Below the pieces are notes generated by a model. The model searched no databases. It saw nothing but the letters and a program-made list of their open reading frames with translations, and was not told the DNA's origin. Below, one piece after another: positions 46,989-56,672 of a stretch of DNA of 64,000 nt. This DNA is from an uncultured Bacteroidota bacterium (GTDB lineage: Bacteria > Bacteroidota > Ignavibacteria > Ignavibacteriales > Ignavibacteriaceae): contig CAVUGE010000029.1 of assembly GCA_963740945.1 (NCBI GenBank), positions 6,066 through 70,065 of the forward strand, given 5' to 3'. Every line of letters begins with the position of its first letter. The stretch's first letter is position 1. The translations under genes were made by a program, and so were the position numbers.

Positions 46989-48329
46989 ATGCTGAAATTT
47001 AATAGGAACTGCTTCTTATTTTTATTATTTATCCCTTATCTGACAATTCTTGGGCAGGATTCCGGAGCACAAATAAAAAAAACATACTATCCCGATGGCA
47101 CATTAAAGACACAAGGAGATTATATAAACGATAAACTCGATGGAACTTATCTTGAATATTATCAGGATGGTCATCTCTGGAAGGAATGGAAATATAAAGA
47201 GGGTAAAGAAGAAGGTATTTCTACCTGGTATTTTGATGATGGTATTCTAAGTAGTGAATGGAATTATCATAACGGTGAAAAGGAAGGTATCTCTAAATGG
47301 TATTATGAAACGGGTGAATTGTGGGCAGAACAGAACTATAGCAATGGAAAACTTGAAGGAATTACAAAAACCTATTATAAAAGCGGTGAGCTGCAGGGGG
47401 AATGGAATTATAGTAACGGGATACTGCAGGGGCTTTCAAAAACCTATTTTAAATCCGGAAAGATTGAAGTCGAAAAAAACTTTTCAAATGGCCTTCTGAA
47501 TGGGATTACTAAAGTTTATAATCCAAATGGTATAGTAGCGCTTAATGCTTATTTTGTAAATGATAAGATTCAAGGGGAAGTTACTATCTATGACGAAGCG
47601 GGAAATTTAAGAGTAAAAGATGATTATGTTAATAATGAATTAACAAACCGTGTAAAATTTGATTATACGGGTAAACAGGAGTCACTGGAAAAAACGGTTC
47701 GAAATTATTATGACAATGGTTCAATGAAAGAAGAAATCTTTTATAAAAATAATATGAAAGAGGGAGCCTATCGAATTTATTATGAAAGCGGATATTTAAA
47801 GGAAGAATGGAACTACAGTAATGATACTCTTAATGGAAAATCCTATACTTATTATGAAGATGGAATTCAAAAATCACAGATGCCTTATCTAAACGGATTG
47901 AAAAAAGGTGTGAATAAAAATTATTATGATACAGGAGAGCTGGAGTCGGAAATATATTATGAAGATAATATGATGAATGGTATATATCTAAAATATTATA
48001 AGAATGGTAATTTGGAATCTGCTTATAATTATAAAAATAATATAAAAAATGGTGAATCAACGATTTATTATCAAAACGGTCTGGTTAAAACGACGGGAAA
48101 TTATGTTGATGGTGCTTTATCGGGAAAAGTAACTACCTATTTTAATAATGGCGCGGTTGAACAGGTAGCGGATTATATTAATGATGTTCTTGATGGCTGG
48201 TTAAGGGTATATTATGCGAACAAAGAACTGAAAAAAGAAGAATACTATAAGAATGGTGTGCTTCAAACCCGAAAAGAATATAACCCTATGGGGATGCTGG
48301 TATCAACATACGGATATAACAGCAAATAA
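46989..48329 (+). CDS. MORN-variant repeat protein (YwqK-like family), about 17 repeats
   Basis: Signal-like N-terminus, then repeated ~23-aa units of the form G-x-x-K/T-x-Y-Y-x-x-G-x-L-x-x-E-x-N-Y-x-N-G-x-x-x-G. Confidence 0.7.
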   Translation: MLKFNRNCFLFLLFIPYLTILGQDSGAQIKKTYYPDGTLKTQGDYINDKLDGTYLEYYQDGHLWKEWKYKEGKEEGISTWYFDDGILSSEWNYHNGEKEGISKWYYETGELWAEQNYSNGKLEGITKTYYKSGELQGEWNYSNGILQGLSKTYFKSGKIEVEKNFSNGLLNGITKVYNPNGIVALNAYFVNDKIQGEVTIYDEAGNLRVKDDYVNNELTNRVKFDYTGKQESLEKTVRNYYDNGSMKEEIFYKNNMKEGAYRIYYESGYLKEEWNYSNDTLNGKSYTYYEDGIQKSQMPYLNGLKKGVNKNYYDTGELESEIYYEDNMMNGIYLKYYKNGNLESAYNYKNNIKNGESTIYYQNGLVKTTGNYVDGALSGKVTTYFNNGAVEQVADYINDVLDGWLRVYYANKELKKEEYYKNGVLQTRKEYNPMGMLVSTYGYNSK

Positions 48330-48347
48330 AAAACATTAGGAAATTAA

Positions 48348-49244
48348 ATGAAAAATAGGCCTGTCAAAAAGTTTTCAGTTGGATTAATCCAGATATCATT
48401 AGATAAAAATCCGAATAATAATTTAAAAAAAGCAATAACCTGGATTAATAAAGCTGCAAAACAGGGAGCTCAAGTAATCTGTTTACCTGAACTTTTCCGG
48501 TCACAGTATTTTTGTCAGAAAGAGGATATAAAAAATTTCGAATTGGCTGAAACTATCCCAGGTCCTTCAACTGAAGAAATTGGTAAAATTGCTAAGAAAA
48601 ATAAAGTAGTTATAATTGCCTCTATCTTTGAAAAAAGAGCTCCAGGAATTTATCATAATAGTGTAGCACTAATAAATTCAGATGGTAAAATAAGCGGAAT
48701 TTACAGAAAAATGCATATACCCGACGATCCGGCTTATTATGAAAAGTTTTATTTTACACCCGGAGATCTTGGCTATAAGTCTTTTAGTACTCGATATGGA
48801 AATATCGGAACCCTTATATGCTGGGATCAATGGTACCCTGAAAGCGCAAGATTGACCGCTTTACAAGGAGCAAGTATTTTATTTTATCCAACTGCCATTG
48901 GTTGGCATCCGCACGAAAAGAAAAAGGAAGGGAAAGCACAATTCGAATCATGGCAGACGATTCAAAGAGGACATTCAATTGCTAATGGAATTTATGTTGC
49001 TGCCTGCAACAGAATTGGATTGGAAAAACTAAACAATGATTCAGCCGGTATCGAATTCTGGGGCTCATCATTTATATCTGATCCGCAGGGAGTAATTATT
49101 GCACAAGCCTCCCAAAATAAAGAAGAAATTTTAATTGCTGAAGTTGATCTCGAAAGAATTGAATATATTCGCAATAACTGGCCATTCCTAAGAGACCGCA
49201 GGATTGATTCATACATCGGGATTGACAAGAGGTTCTTAGCATGA
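48348..49244 (+). CDS. aguB: N-carbamoylputrescine amidase (carbon-nitrogen hydrolase family)
   Basis: Nitrilase-superfamily Glu-Lys-Cys context (LPELF, YRKMHIPD, LICWDQWYPE); translationally coupled to agmatine deiminase. Confidence 0.8.
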   Translation: MKNRPVKKFSVGLIQISLDKNPNNNLKKAITWINKAAKQGAQVICLPELFRSQYFCQKEDIKNFELAETIPGPSTEEIGKIAKKNKVVIIASIFEKRAPGIYHNSVALINSDGKISGIYRKMHIPDDPAYYEKFYFTPGDLGYKSFSTRYGNIGTLICWDQWYPESARLTALQGASILFYPTAIGWHPHEKKKEGKAQFESWQTIQRGHSIANGIYVAACNRIGLEKLNNDSAGIEFWGSSFISDPQGVIIAQASQNKEEILIAEVDLERIEYIRNNWPFLRDRRIDSYIGIDKRFLA

Positions 49245-50272
49245 GACTTCCCGCAGAATGGGAACCACACGAAGCCACATGGATCGGGTGGCCGCATAAT
49301 AAAAAAGACTGGCCCGGAAAATTTGCTCCGATTCAATGGGTCTATGCCGAAATGGTTAAATATATTTCCCGTAGTGAAAAGGTTCGAATTATTGTAGAAT
49401 CCGTTCAACATAAATTAAAAGCCAAAAAAGTATTAAGCTCTGTAAATATAGATTTAAATAATATTGAATTTTTTATTTTAGAAACAAATCGGGGCTGGAC
49501 AAGAGATTCAGGTCCAGTTTTTATAAAGAATAATGAAAATGAAATAGCAGAAGTAATTTTTAGATTCAACGGATGGGCAAAATATTCCAATTACAGAAAA
49601 GATGAAAAACTTCCAAAATTTATTTCCAAAAAGTTTAAGTTGAAAAATATAATTCCTGGCTATAATAATTATCATGTTGTTCTTGAAGGAGGTTCAATAG
49701 ATACAAACGGCAAAGGGACTTTAATTACCACCGAAGAATGTCTGCTTGATACTAAAGTCCAGGTAAGAAATCCCGGTTTTACCAAAGAAGACTATGAAGA
49801 AGTTTTTAAAAAGTATTTGGGAATTTCCAGGGTTATTTGGCTGGGAAAGGGGATATCCGGAGATGATACTCATGGTCATGTGGATGATATATGCAGATTT
49901 GTAAATCATAACACTGTTGTACTGGCTCAGGAAGAAAATCCCTATGATGATAATTATACAAAATTAAAAGAAAATAAAGAGCGTATAACAGATATTAAAA
50001 TTGAAGACGGCTCTAAATTAGAAATTGTTGACCTTCCTATGCCTTCGCCGGTTATTTTTAAAAACCAGCGCTTACCTGCAAGTTATGCAAATTTCTATTT
50101 TTCAAATTATGCAGTATTGGTTCCAACTTTTAATGACCCAAATGACAGAATCGCCTTAGGAATTTTATCTGAATTAATTACAGATCGTTCTGTAATAGGT
50201 ATTAATGCAGTAGATTTGATTTGGGGTCTGGGAGCTATTCACTGTTTAACACATGAACAGCCTGCTATATAA
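49241..50272 (+). CDS. aguA: Agmatine deiminase
   Basis: MRLPAEWEPH start, WTRDSGP, GDDTHGHVDD and C-terminal GAIHCLTHEQP (catalytic Cys block). Confidence 0.9.
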   Translation: MRLPAEWEPHEATWIGWPHNKKDWPGKFAPIQWVYAEMVKYISRSEKVRIIVESVQHKLKAKKVLSSVNIDLNNIEFFILETNRGWTRDSGPVFIKNNENEIAEVIFRFNGWAKYSNYRKDEKLPKFISKKFKLKNIIPGYNNYHVVLEGGSIDTNGKGTLITTEECLLDTKVQVRNPGFTKEDYEEVFKKYLGISRVIWLGKGISGDDTHGHVDDICRFVNHNTVVLAQEENPYDDNYTKLKENKERITDIKIEDGSKLEIVDLPMPSPVIFKNQRLPASYANFYFSNYAVLVPTFNDPNDRIALGILSELITDRSVIGINAVDLIWGLGAIHCLTHEQPAI

Positions 50273-50277
50273 ACTTT

Positions 50278-51999
50278 CTATCTTATATTGTAACTTTCTC
50301 TCCATATTTCAAAAGTTATCCACCAAATTAAATTATCCGCTAATGATTTATTCCCGTTATAAAAATTCCAAACTTGGTTTGAAACCTTGTCATAGTTATA
50401 TAAATCAAAATTCTTAACTTCTTGAGACTCAATTTTATCCATTACAAAATTTTTTAATTTTAATAATAGATCCAGTTTAACATTATCACTTTTAATTAGT
50501 CCTGCTTTCCTTTTAATTTTTTGATAGATTCTCGTAAATAACAAATTTTTATTGAAAGGATAAATAATCTGGTCTTTCACAAGAGGATATTTATTAAATT
50601 TTTCACCATCAATAATTATTTGCCAGAATAATTTCCCGTTTTTCTTTTCTGTAATATCTAAACTAAGTCCGCGATTTAGAACCGAAACCTGAATAAAAGG
50701 CATAAATGCATGACATATGTTATCTAAAAGTGTTTGGCTTGGACCGCTTATATTGGCGACTTTAGTCTTTATAAAAAAGGTATCCAGCCAGTTTTCTATG
50801 CCAATTAATTTTGGGTCTGGTAAACTTTCAAGCAACTTTAAGATATGCTCCATGGCATAATTTTCCATTTGTACGGCTAATTCATCATTAAAAATATCAG
50901 ACTTTTCTCTTCTTAAAAGTTTAAATATTGTTTTAACATCCTTTGATAATAAGGCATCTTTACCAAGAATTAAGAACTTATTTAAATAAGCTCTTCTGAA
51001 AATTTCTCCATAAGCCCCGTCTATTATTGAAAATTTTAGTTCATCTAATTCTTTATAAAATCTATAGTTCAAAGTTTCAAAAATAGATGAACTTAATCCA
51101 AGCTGAGAAACGTTTTTGTAAAGATTATTTAATAGCAAATCAGTTTCAGGAAATAAAACAGTAAAATAGTGATGCTCAATTTTATAATCGTCTATTATCC
51201 TTTGAGCTATTTCTCCATCAGCAGTAAATCTGCCTCCGAATGTATGTGTACCGAAATTTGTAATATGATTGTTATAAATAAGTTGGAGCAGTACCCTCGA
51301 ATCAATACCTCCTGAGAGACCTAAATTAATTTTTATACTTTCCCTGGGAAACATATTTAAGAAATTATTTAGTGCATCAATAAATTCGGATGATGAACCG
51401 GATATATTGAAATCCGGCATCCATGAAAAATTATTTTTCTCGAGTTTTTCTGATGATATTTTTATTATCCCGCCGGGACCTAATCTAATTATATTTTTTA
51501 TCGGGCATCCCCACGATATTTGATGAGGTAGTATCCAACTTGTAGAGAATTCTTCAATATTAACTGAATTTTTTCTATTAAATCTTGCCGTCCAATCCAA
51601 TCTGGTTGAAAAAAGATAATTTGAATCATACTTTAGGAAAAAAATATCTCTTAAGCCGAGCTGATCATTAAAAAAAGTAATTAATTTCCTTCCCCATTTA
51701 ATTCCAGCAAAATGCCCATTAATATTCTTTGAGTTTATCCCATCAATATTTAACCAATTATCCGGATTACATTGTTTTGTAAACTTTTGTTCTCCCTCCT
51801 CAGGATAAATTGGGATACCGCAAATTATACATCCCGTTGAATCAGAGTTAAAAATATATGTTAAATTTTCTTGTTTACCTCCATAAAATAAATTCAAATC
51901 CTCTCTATTTATTTTATTTTTTTCACCAAAGTCTATAGATGAAATATAATTATCAAGAATTGGATTATTTTTACCCGTATAACCAATAAACCAGGACAT
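50278..51999 (-). CDS. Asparagine-synthase (AsnB)-like protein lacking the N-terminal Cys nucleophile
   Basis: 573 aa. Starts MSWFIGY rather than MCG. Ntn-domain-like segment (GHFAGIKWGRKLITFFNDQLGLRDIFF) and PP-loop ATP-pyrophosphatase motif (GLSGGIDSRV). Confidence 0.7.
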   Translation of the reverse strand: MSWFIGYTGKNNPILDNYISSIDFGEKNKINREDLNLFYGGKQENLTYIFNSDSTGCIICGIPIYPEEGEQKFTKQCNPDNWLNIDGINSKNINGHFAGIKWGRKLITFFNDQLGLRDIFFLKYDSNYLFSTRLDWTARFNRKNSVNIEEFSTSWILPHQISWGCPIKNIIRLGPGGIIKISSEKLEKNNFSWMPDFNISGSSSEFIDALNNFLNMFPRESIKINLGLSGGIDSRVLLQLIYNNHITNFGTHTFGGRFTADGEIAQRIIDDYKIEHHYFTVLFPETDLLLNNLYKNVSQLGLSSSIFETLNYRFYKELDELKFSIIDGAYGEIFRRAYLNKFLILGKDALLSKDVKTIFKLLRREKSDIFNDELAVQMENYAMEHILKLLESLPDPKLIGIENWLDTFFIKTKVANISGPSQTLLDNICHAFMPFIQVSVLNRGLSLDITEKKNGKLFWQIIIDGEKFNKYPLVKDQIIYPFNKNLLFTRIYQKIKRKAGLIKSDNVKLDLLLKLKNFVMDKIESQEVKNFDLYNYDKVSNQVWNFYNGNKSLADNLIWWITFEIWRESYNIR

Positions 52000-52218
52000 A
52001 TTTTTCTTTTTATTTGATGATTAAAATGACAAGTTATAGTCTTTATTATAATTCAAAGATATGATTTTTGATATTTAATAAAGAATTTCCTTTTCTTTTA
52101 ATTAAAATATAAAGAAATGTCATGGGTTCCGTAAAATTAATTTTCAACTTATATTTTGTAGTTGTAACTTAACTTGAGGATTTTTATTATAGAAACTTCA
52201 AGTCGAACACTTTTAATA

Positions 52219-53646
52219 ATGGCAAAAACAAATAAAAACGGAAATAATACAAACAATATCATTCCTGCGGATATAAAACCTCCATCAGCTCCTGAAATCG
52301 AAGCTTCGGTTCTCGGAGCTATGATGATAGAAAAAGAAGCCGTACCTAAAGCAATTGAGCTATTGTCTTCTGAAAGCTTTTATTTAAAAGCGCATAAAAA
52401 GATTTTTGAAGCAATGGTCTCCCTTTTTGAATCGGGAGAACCAATCGATACTGTTACTTTATACGAGGAGTTAAAGAAAAGGGAAGAACTGGAAGAAGTT
52501 GGTGGTGCGGTATATCTGAGCAAACTCTCTCAGAATATTTCTTCTGCTGCAAATATTGAATATCATGCAAAAATAATTTTAGAGAAAGAAATTTTGAGGG
52601 GATTAATTACAAGTTCTCATGAAATTGCAAAAGCCGCTTATGAAGGGAATGAAGATGCTTTCGATATTTTAGATGAGGCTGAGAGGAAAATATTTGAGAT
52701 AACAGAATCTCACCTTAAAAAATCTTTTCTTGGTATGGATAGAGCTGTTCGAGATGCTCTGGAATATATCGAGGCTATTCATTCAAAATCTAATCTGAAA
52801 TTTTCTGTCCCTACAGGATTTTATGAACTTGATGAAATGCTTGGCGGTTTTCAAAAATCCGATCTGGTAATTATTGCTGCCAGGCCCTCCATGGGCAAGA
52901 CTGCATTCGCCTTAACATTAGCCCGGAATGCTGCTATTGAACATAAAATCCCTGTCGGTATTTTTAGCCTTGAAATGTCTACTATGCAGCTTGTTATCAG
53001 AATGCTATGTGCCGAAGGCAGGCTAAATGCTCACCTGGTGAGAACCGGAAAACTTCCTTCTTCCGAAGGCGTTAAGTTAAGCAAAAATGCTCATAAGCTT
53101 ATTGAATCTCCTATCTTTGTTGATGATACTCCTGCTCAGACAATTCTGGAAATTAGAGCAAAAGCTAGGAGACTTAAAGTCGAAAAAAATATTGGTATGG
53201 TTATAATTGATTACCTACAATTAATGCAGGGACCTGCTAAAGTGGAAAGCCGGGAAAGAGAGATTTCACACATATCCCGGTCTCTAAAATCTTTAGCTAA
53301 AGAGCTGAACATCCCTGTTTTAGCTCTGGCACAGCTAAATCGTGCGGTTGAGGCCAGAACGGATAAAAGACCCCAGCTTTCGGATTTAAGAGAATCGGGT
53401 TCTATTGAACAGGATGCAGATGTTGTCATTTTCTTAAATAGACCCGAATATTATGGAATGATGAAAGATGAAAACGGGAATTCTCTCGAAGGTGTAGCAG
53501 AAATTATTGTGGGAAAACAAAGAAATGGACCCATTGGTGAAATAAAATTAGCATTTATTAAAGAATACGCCCGGTTCGAAAACCTTGCTCATGCAAGACA
53601 GGTTGAGGAATATTCTGAAATCGCTGCTGATGAGGATATTATTTGA
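52219..53646 (+). CDS. dnaB: Replicative DNA helicase DnaB
   Basis: PPSAPEIEASVLGAMM N-terminal block, Walker A ARPSMGKTAF, IDYLQLM, SLKSLAKELNIPVLALAQLNR, RESGSIEQDADVV. ATG at 52219 (MAKTNK) preferred over the upstream alternative start. Confidence 0.95.
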   Translation: MAKTNKNGNNTNNIIPADIKPPSAPEIEASVLGAMMIEKEAVPKAIELLSSESFYLKAHKKIFEAMVSLFESGEPIDTVTLYEELKKREELEEVGGAVYLSKLSQNISSAANIEYHAKIILEKEILRGLITSSHEIAKAAYEGNEDAFDILDEAERKIFEITESHLKKSFLGMDRAVRDALEYIEAIHSKSNLKFSVPTGFYELDEMLGGFQKSDLVIIAARPSMGKTAFALTLARNAAIEHKIPVGIFSLEMSTMQLVIRMLCAEGRLNAHLVRTGKLPSSEGVKLSKNAHKLIESPIFVDDTPAQTILEIRAKARRLKVEKNIGMVIIDYLQLMQGPAKVESREREISHISRSLKSLAKELNIPVLALAQLNRAVEARTDKRPQLSDLRESGSIEQDADVVIFLNRPEYYGMMKDENGNSLEGVAEIIVGKQRNGPIGEIKLAFIKEYARFENLAHARQVEEYSEIAADEDII

Positions 53647-53702
53647 AAGTCAAAAGTCAAAGATAAAAAATCAAAAATAGAATTAAAGGATTATTATATT
53701 AA

Positions 53703-54548
53703 ATGCATAAGATTATTTTATTTCTGTTAGTAGCCCCATTCTTTTTACATGCACAAATTTATTCTGATAAAGATGTTGAGGTTTGTAATTCGAAATTCAA
53801 ATTAGCTGTTGAAAAAAATCTGGAAGATAAACCTATCGGAGATGTCATAGTTGCCATCGGAAAGAGTTTTATTGGAATAGATTATGCAGCACATACTCTG
53901 GAAAAAGGTGATAAAGAGACTCTGGTTATTGATTTAACCGGACTCGATTGTACTACTTTCCTTGAGAATTCTCTGGTATTTGCACGCTGTATTAAAGAAA
54001 ATAAAACAACATTTAAAGATTATGAAAATGAATTAACTAAAATCAGATATAGGGATGGAGAAATCAATCAATATCCTTCCCGGCTTCACTATTTTGCTGA
54101 TTGGGTCTATAATAATGAAAAAAAGGGCATTGTTAAAAATATGTCCAAAGATATTGGAGGCGATTCTTTAACTTTTAATCTTGACTGGATGACCACACAT
54201 CCGGAATTATATGTCCAGCTAAAAGATAATCCGGCTTTTATTCATGTGATTAGAACACAGGAGGAAGCAATAAATAAAAGAGAATACTATTATATTCCTA
54301 AGGAAAAAGTTTCGCTTGTAGAAGAAAAAATTAATAACGGTGACTTAATTGCTATTACTTCTAATGTAAAGGGACTGGATATAAACCATGTTGGAATTGC
54401 CGTAAGGTCCGATGATGGAAGAATTCATTTTATGCATGCACCTAATGTCGGCTATAAAGTTCAAATCACTGAAGTTCCCCTTGCAGATTATTTGATGAAG
54501 TTTAACAAAGATACCGGGATAATGGTTATAAGAGCACTGGAACCCTAG
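53703..54548 (+). CDS. DUF1460-like secreted protein (amidase/NlpC-like fold suspected)
   Basis: Signal peptide, then GLDCTTFLENSLVFARC and DINHVGIAV blocks that I associate with DUF1460. Confidence 0.55.
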   Translation: MHKIILFLLVAPFFLHAQIYSDKDVEVCNSKFKLAVEKNLEDKPIGDVIVAIGKSFIGIDYAAHTLEKGDKETLVIDLTGLDCTTFLENSLVFARCIKENKTTFKDYENELTKIRYRDGEINQYPSRLHYFADWVYNNEKKGIVKNMSKDIGGDSLTFNLDWMTTHPELYVQLKDNPAFIHVIRTQEEAINKREYYYIPKEKVSLVEEKINNGDLIAITSNVKGLDINHVGIAVRSDDGRIHFMHAPNVGYKVQITEVPLADYLMKFNKDTGIMVIRALEP

Positions 54549-54678
54549 TAATTAACTGAAGTTACTCGGAGTTGTCATTCTGAATCCGGCGTCAGCCGGA
54601 TGAAGAATCTCCCGGCTTAAATTTCGCACCATTTTAATATAAATAAGCTCAAATTATAAAAAAACATAAGTAATTAAT
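54549..54678. repeat. MITE/REP-like element, family 2
   Basis: TAATTAACTGAAGTTACTCG begins right after the stop codon. Core GTCATTCTGAATCCGGCGTCAGCCGGATGAAGAATCTC folds as a long hairpin (GAATCCGGC/GCCGGATGAAG). Degenerate right end ACATAAGTAATTAAT (54664-54678). Confidence 0.65.
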
Positions 54679-54877
54679 ATTTTATAAATTTTTCTTAATA
54701 AAATATAACATTTAATACCTAATTAGATTTAACTTAGAATCTATAATTTAAAACTCTTAATCAAATTTATCTGAATTCTAAGAGAACCATTATTATCAAT
54801 TTTAAGAAAATATCATCCCCTTATTTAGCTATTGCAATTTTTTGGATTGGCATTTATATTGGTATCCCTTAATAAGT

Positions 54878-55294
54878 ATGAAAAAGAAATTTTCAATTAT
54901 ATTATTAGTTTTCTTATTTATAGTTTCTACTATTGGCCTACCTTTGTCTATTAATTTTTGCAGTATGATGGATACTCCTCAAGTCGGTATGTGTGAAATG
55001 CATTCAAACGATACAGCATGTGAAACCGAAATTCATCATATAATATTAAAAACTGAATTAACCAGGCAGGACTGCTGCAAAACAGAAATAATTGATAAAG
55101 CTATTTCTGATAAGTATTTGCAGGTTGATATCCATAAACATAATTTAAATTATAATATTATTGCTGTAATAAATCCTAATTTGACAGAAAATATTGGTTC
55201 ATTTGTTAATTCAGTTCACTATTTTAATGATTCTTCTCCGCCCTCACTATCGAATAACCATATCTATCTTAGCATCTCGATTCTCCTCATCTAA
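54878..55294 (+). CDS. Small membrane-anchored Cys-containing protein ahead of the efflux operon (HYC_CC_PP-like)
   Basis: MKKKFSIILLVFLFIVSTIGLPLSINFC..., later QDCCKTE and SSPPSLS, matching the anchor / x-x-C / CC / PP layout I recall for this Bacteroidota family found upstream of metal pumps. ATG at 54878. Confidence 0.45.
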   Translation: MKKKFSIILLVFLFIVSTIGLPLSINFCSMMDTPQVGMCEMHSNDTACETEIHHIILKTELTRQDCCKTEIIDKAISDKYLQVDIHKHNLNYNIIAVINPNLTENIGSFVNSVHYFNDSSPPSLSNNHIYLSISILLI

Positions 55295-55400
55295 ACCTAA
55301 GTCCTCTCTTCGATCTATAAGGTTTTTATATATATGAAAATCTTATCCGTTCGTTTATTATTTCTCGAAAAAGAAAATAGATCTTTTAAGGAAAATATCC

Positions 55401-56669
55401 ATGATTAAAATTAAAAAAATATATCTATTCATTTTATTGAGCTTTATTTCTCTTAACATTTTTGCTCAGCAAAATACACTTGATTCATTAGTAAATCAGG
55501 CATTAAATGTAAGTCCGAAGCTTAAAATGCTGAAGTCAAAATACTCGGCGGCGGAGAGCAGTATAAATGTCAATTCAAATCTGCCTGATCCCACTTTGAC
55601 TTTGGGTTTAGCCAATTTGCCTACCAATACATTTTCATTTACACAGGAACCAATGACTGGGAAAATTGTTGGCTTGAGCCAGGCGATCCCTTTCCCTGGA
55701 AAACTTAACTCAATTGCCGATGTTTCTGAAAAGGATGCACAAATTGTAACGCAGGAAATAAATGATGCAAGAAACGAAATAGTAAAAAATGTTTCTCAGA
55801 ATTATTTTGAGCTGATCTATATTCGTAAGGCCATTGATGTTGCAAATGAAAATTTGAAGTTGCTCAATGAAATAGTAAAAGTTGTCAGAACAAATTATAC
55901 AGTTGCAAAAGCAAGTCAGCAGAATTTGTTTAAAGTTGAATTAGAGATAACAAATTTAAATGATAAAATTGTTGAATTAAAAAATAAAGAGACCTCAATT
56001 ACTGCTATGTTAAATGCCCAATTATTGAGATCTCAAGATATCCTTATTTTTACAGATAGTCTTCCAACAATACAATATCAGATATTTTCGCAAAAACAGC
56101 TCGATTCTTTAGCCGTTCAGAACAGACCTTTTCTTGCAGGTATCGAATTAGCTAAGAAAAAAGCAGAGCTTCAGGAAAAGCTGGCAAAATATGATTACCT
56201 GCCGAATTTCAATGTTTCTGTTCAATATTCTCAAAGGGATAGAATTGCAATGACAAATACTCCTCTTTCTGATTTTGCTTCTTTTATGGTTGGTATTTCT
56301 CTTCCCCTTAATTATGGCGGAAAAGTCTCATCAAAAGTTGAAGAAACCGAAGCAATGCATGATATGTATGATGAACAGTATAATCTCTCATTGCAGATGC
56401 TCAATAGCAATTTTGGAACATCAATCTCAAAACTGAATTCCTTACAGGAAAGGATTAAACTAATTGAAGGTGCACAGCTTTCGCAGGCACAGCATAATTA
56501 CACATCAAGCTTGTCAAGTTATCAAGTTGGAGAAGTAGATTTTATAAACGTAATTGATGCACAAAGTATGCTCTTCCAGGTGGAAACAAATTTATACCGG
56601 TTAAAAACTAATTATCTAAAAGAAGTTGAAGAATTAAAATTTTTAACAGGAACAAGTTTAAATAAATAA
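55401..56669 (+). CDS. TolC-family outer-membrane efflux protein (CusC/CzcC-like)
   Basis: Signal peptide and two coiled-coil/beta-barrel repeats typical of outer membrane factors; first gene of the tripartite pump. Confidence 0.8.
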   Translation: MIKIKKIYLFILLSFISLNIFAQQNTLDSLVNQALNVSPKLKMLKSKYSAAESSINVNSNLPDPTLTLGLANLPTNTFSFTQEPMTGKIVGLSQAIPFPGKLNSIADVSEKDAQIVTQEINDARNEIVKNVSQNYFELIYIRKAIDVANENLKLLNEIVKVVRTNYTVAKASQQNLFKVELEITNLNDKIVELKNKETSITAMLNAQLLRSQDILIFTDSLPTIQYQIFSQKQLDSLAVQNRPFLAGIELAKKKAELQEKLAKYDYLPNFNVSVQYSQRDRIAMTNTPLSDFASFMVGISLPLNYGGKVSSKVEETEAMHDMYDEQYNLSLQMLNSNFGTSISKLNSLQERIKLIEGAQLSQAQHNYTSSLSSYQVGEVDFINVIDAQSMLFQVETNLYRLKTNYLKEVEELKFLTGTSLNK

Positions 56670-56672
56670 TTT

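Noticed and set aside
49378-49392. GGTTCGAAT word reminiscent of a tRNA T-arm
   Set aside because: It lies inside the well-supported agmatine deiminase coding frame, and no acceptor or anticodon stems can be drawn around it.
52046-52123. 25-codon minus-strand ORF (MTFLYILIKRKGNSLLNIKNHIFEL) upstream of the AsnB-like gene, considered as a lasso- or RiPP-type precursor
   Set aside because: It has no RBS, no Gly/Cys/Ser at a plausible core position 1 with an Asp/Glu at position 7-9, and no leader-like motif. No B-type protease or RRE gene is nearby. Most likely a chance ORF in AT-rich DNA.
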